DNA of 64,000 bases from Negaprion brevirostris (taxonomy: Eukaryota). Position 1 is the first letter of the stretch. Every line of letters begins with the position of its first letter. Location of the stretch: NCBI GenBank assembly GCA_030324005.1, contig JARDVH010000124.1, positions 17,795,323 through 17,859,322 on the forward strand, given 5' to 3'. Made by a program: the position numbers and the translations under genes. Below are positions 63,368-64,000 of the stretch, piece after piece. Under the pieces are notes generated by a model. That model was given only the letters and a program-made list of their open reading frames with translations, was not told the origin of the DNA and made no database searches.

Positions 63368-63610
63368 GTGGGACTGTTGTGCAGTGGGGATTGTACAATG
63401 AGGATTGTTGTACAATGAAGATTGGTGTACAATGAAGATTGGTGTACAATGGGGGGTATTGTTGCACAATGGGGATTGATGTACAGGGGATTTTCATAGT
63501 AACTTCATTGCAGTGTTAATGTAAGCTTACTTGTGACACTAGTAAATAAACTTTAAAACTTTAATGGGGATCGTTGTACAATGGAGATTTTTGTACAATG
63601 GAGATTTGGG
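63368..63610. repeat. ~18-bp minisatellite (GATTGKTGTACAATGRRR) interrupted by a tail-B fragment (63485-63563)
   Basis: About 6 units before and 2-3 after the insert. Confidence 0.85.
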
Positions 63611-63824
63611 GTTATGTTTTTAGGAACTTGAGTCAAATGAAGCGGTCAAGGACAGTCTAGCTGGGAAGTGAACATGCTCAATTGCTTCCCACTTCTTCCT
63701 GTTTCTCCTTGTCCTGAGATTTTCTCTAGTGGCTGTGTCCTCATGATAGGATATAGCAGATATTGTGGCGTATATAGCAGATCACTAGAATCTGAGATAT
63801 GCTCTATAGAGAGCTGGAGGATTC

Positions 63825-64000
63825 CTTTTTTTTATTCATTCATGGTACCTGGACATCACTGTACAGCATTTATTGCCCATTCCTACTTGCTGGAGTACAG
63901 TTGAGTGTCAACCACATTGCTGTGGCTCTGGAGTCACATGTAAGTCAGACCATGTAAGGACTGCAGATTTCCTTCCTTCCCTACAGAATATTAGTGAACT
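63825..64000 (-). mobile_element. SINE family C, 3' part (runs off the window)
   Basis: ttttttattcattcatgg..gcatttattgcccat..gtcaaccacattgctgtgg.tctggagtcacatgta; same family as 1012-1321. Confidence 0.8.

Overview
Vertebrate genomic DNA, most likely a shark or other elasmobranch (inferred from HE1/V-SINE-like, Deu-domain SINE, CR1 and Penelope-like repeats), from a gapped draft assembly. The only supportable protein-coding gene is the homeobox gene Emx2 on the minus strand, with three coding exons (35150-34763, 33257-33073, 30612-30445; 741 nt, 246 aa) and canonical GT-AG introns. It lies in a ~22 kb stretch almost free of transposons, inside a ~37 kb domain (about 19.6-57.2 kb) where CpG is visibly retained. 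The flanks are CpG-poor and dense in SINE/LINE/MITE/LTR-like relics. I found no novel protein-coding system: the other ORFs are repeat-derived, low-complexity, gap-spanning or have no recognisable homology. The most interesting signals are regulatory: stacked uORFs in the Emx2 leader, a candidate forebrain-enhancer motif cluster 3' of the gene, candidate antisense (Emx2os-like) exons, promoter-like islands near both edges of the CpG domain, a decayed hammerhead-ribozyme core in a Penelope-like terminus, and a tail-swapped SINE subfamily nested in its sister. All homology statements come from recall of family consensus sequences, not from searches, and repeat boundaries are approximate.
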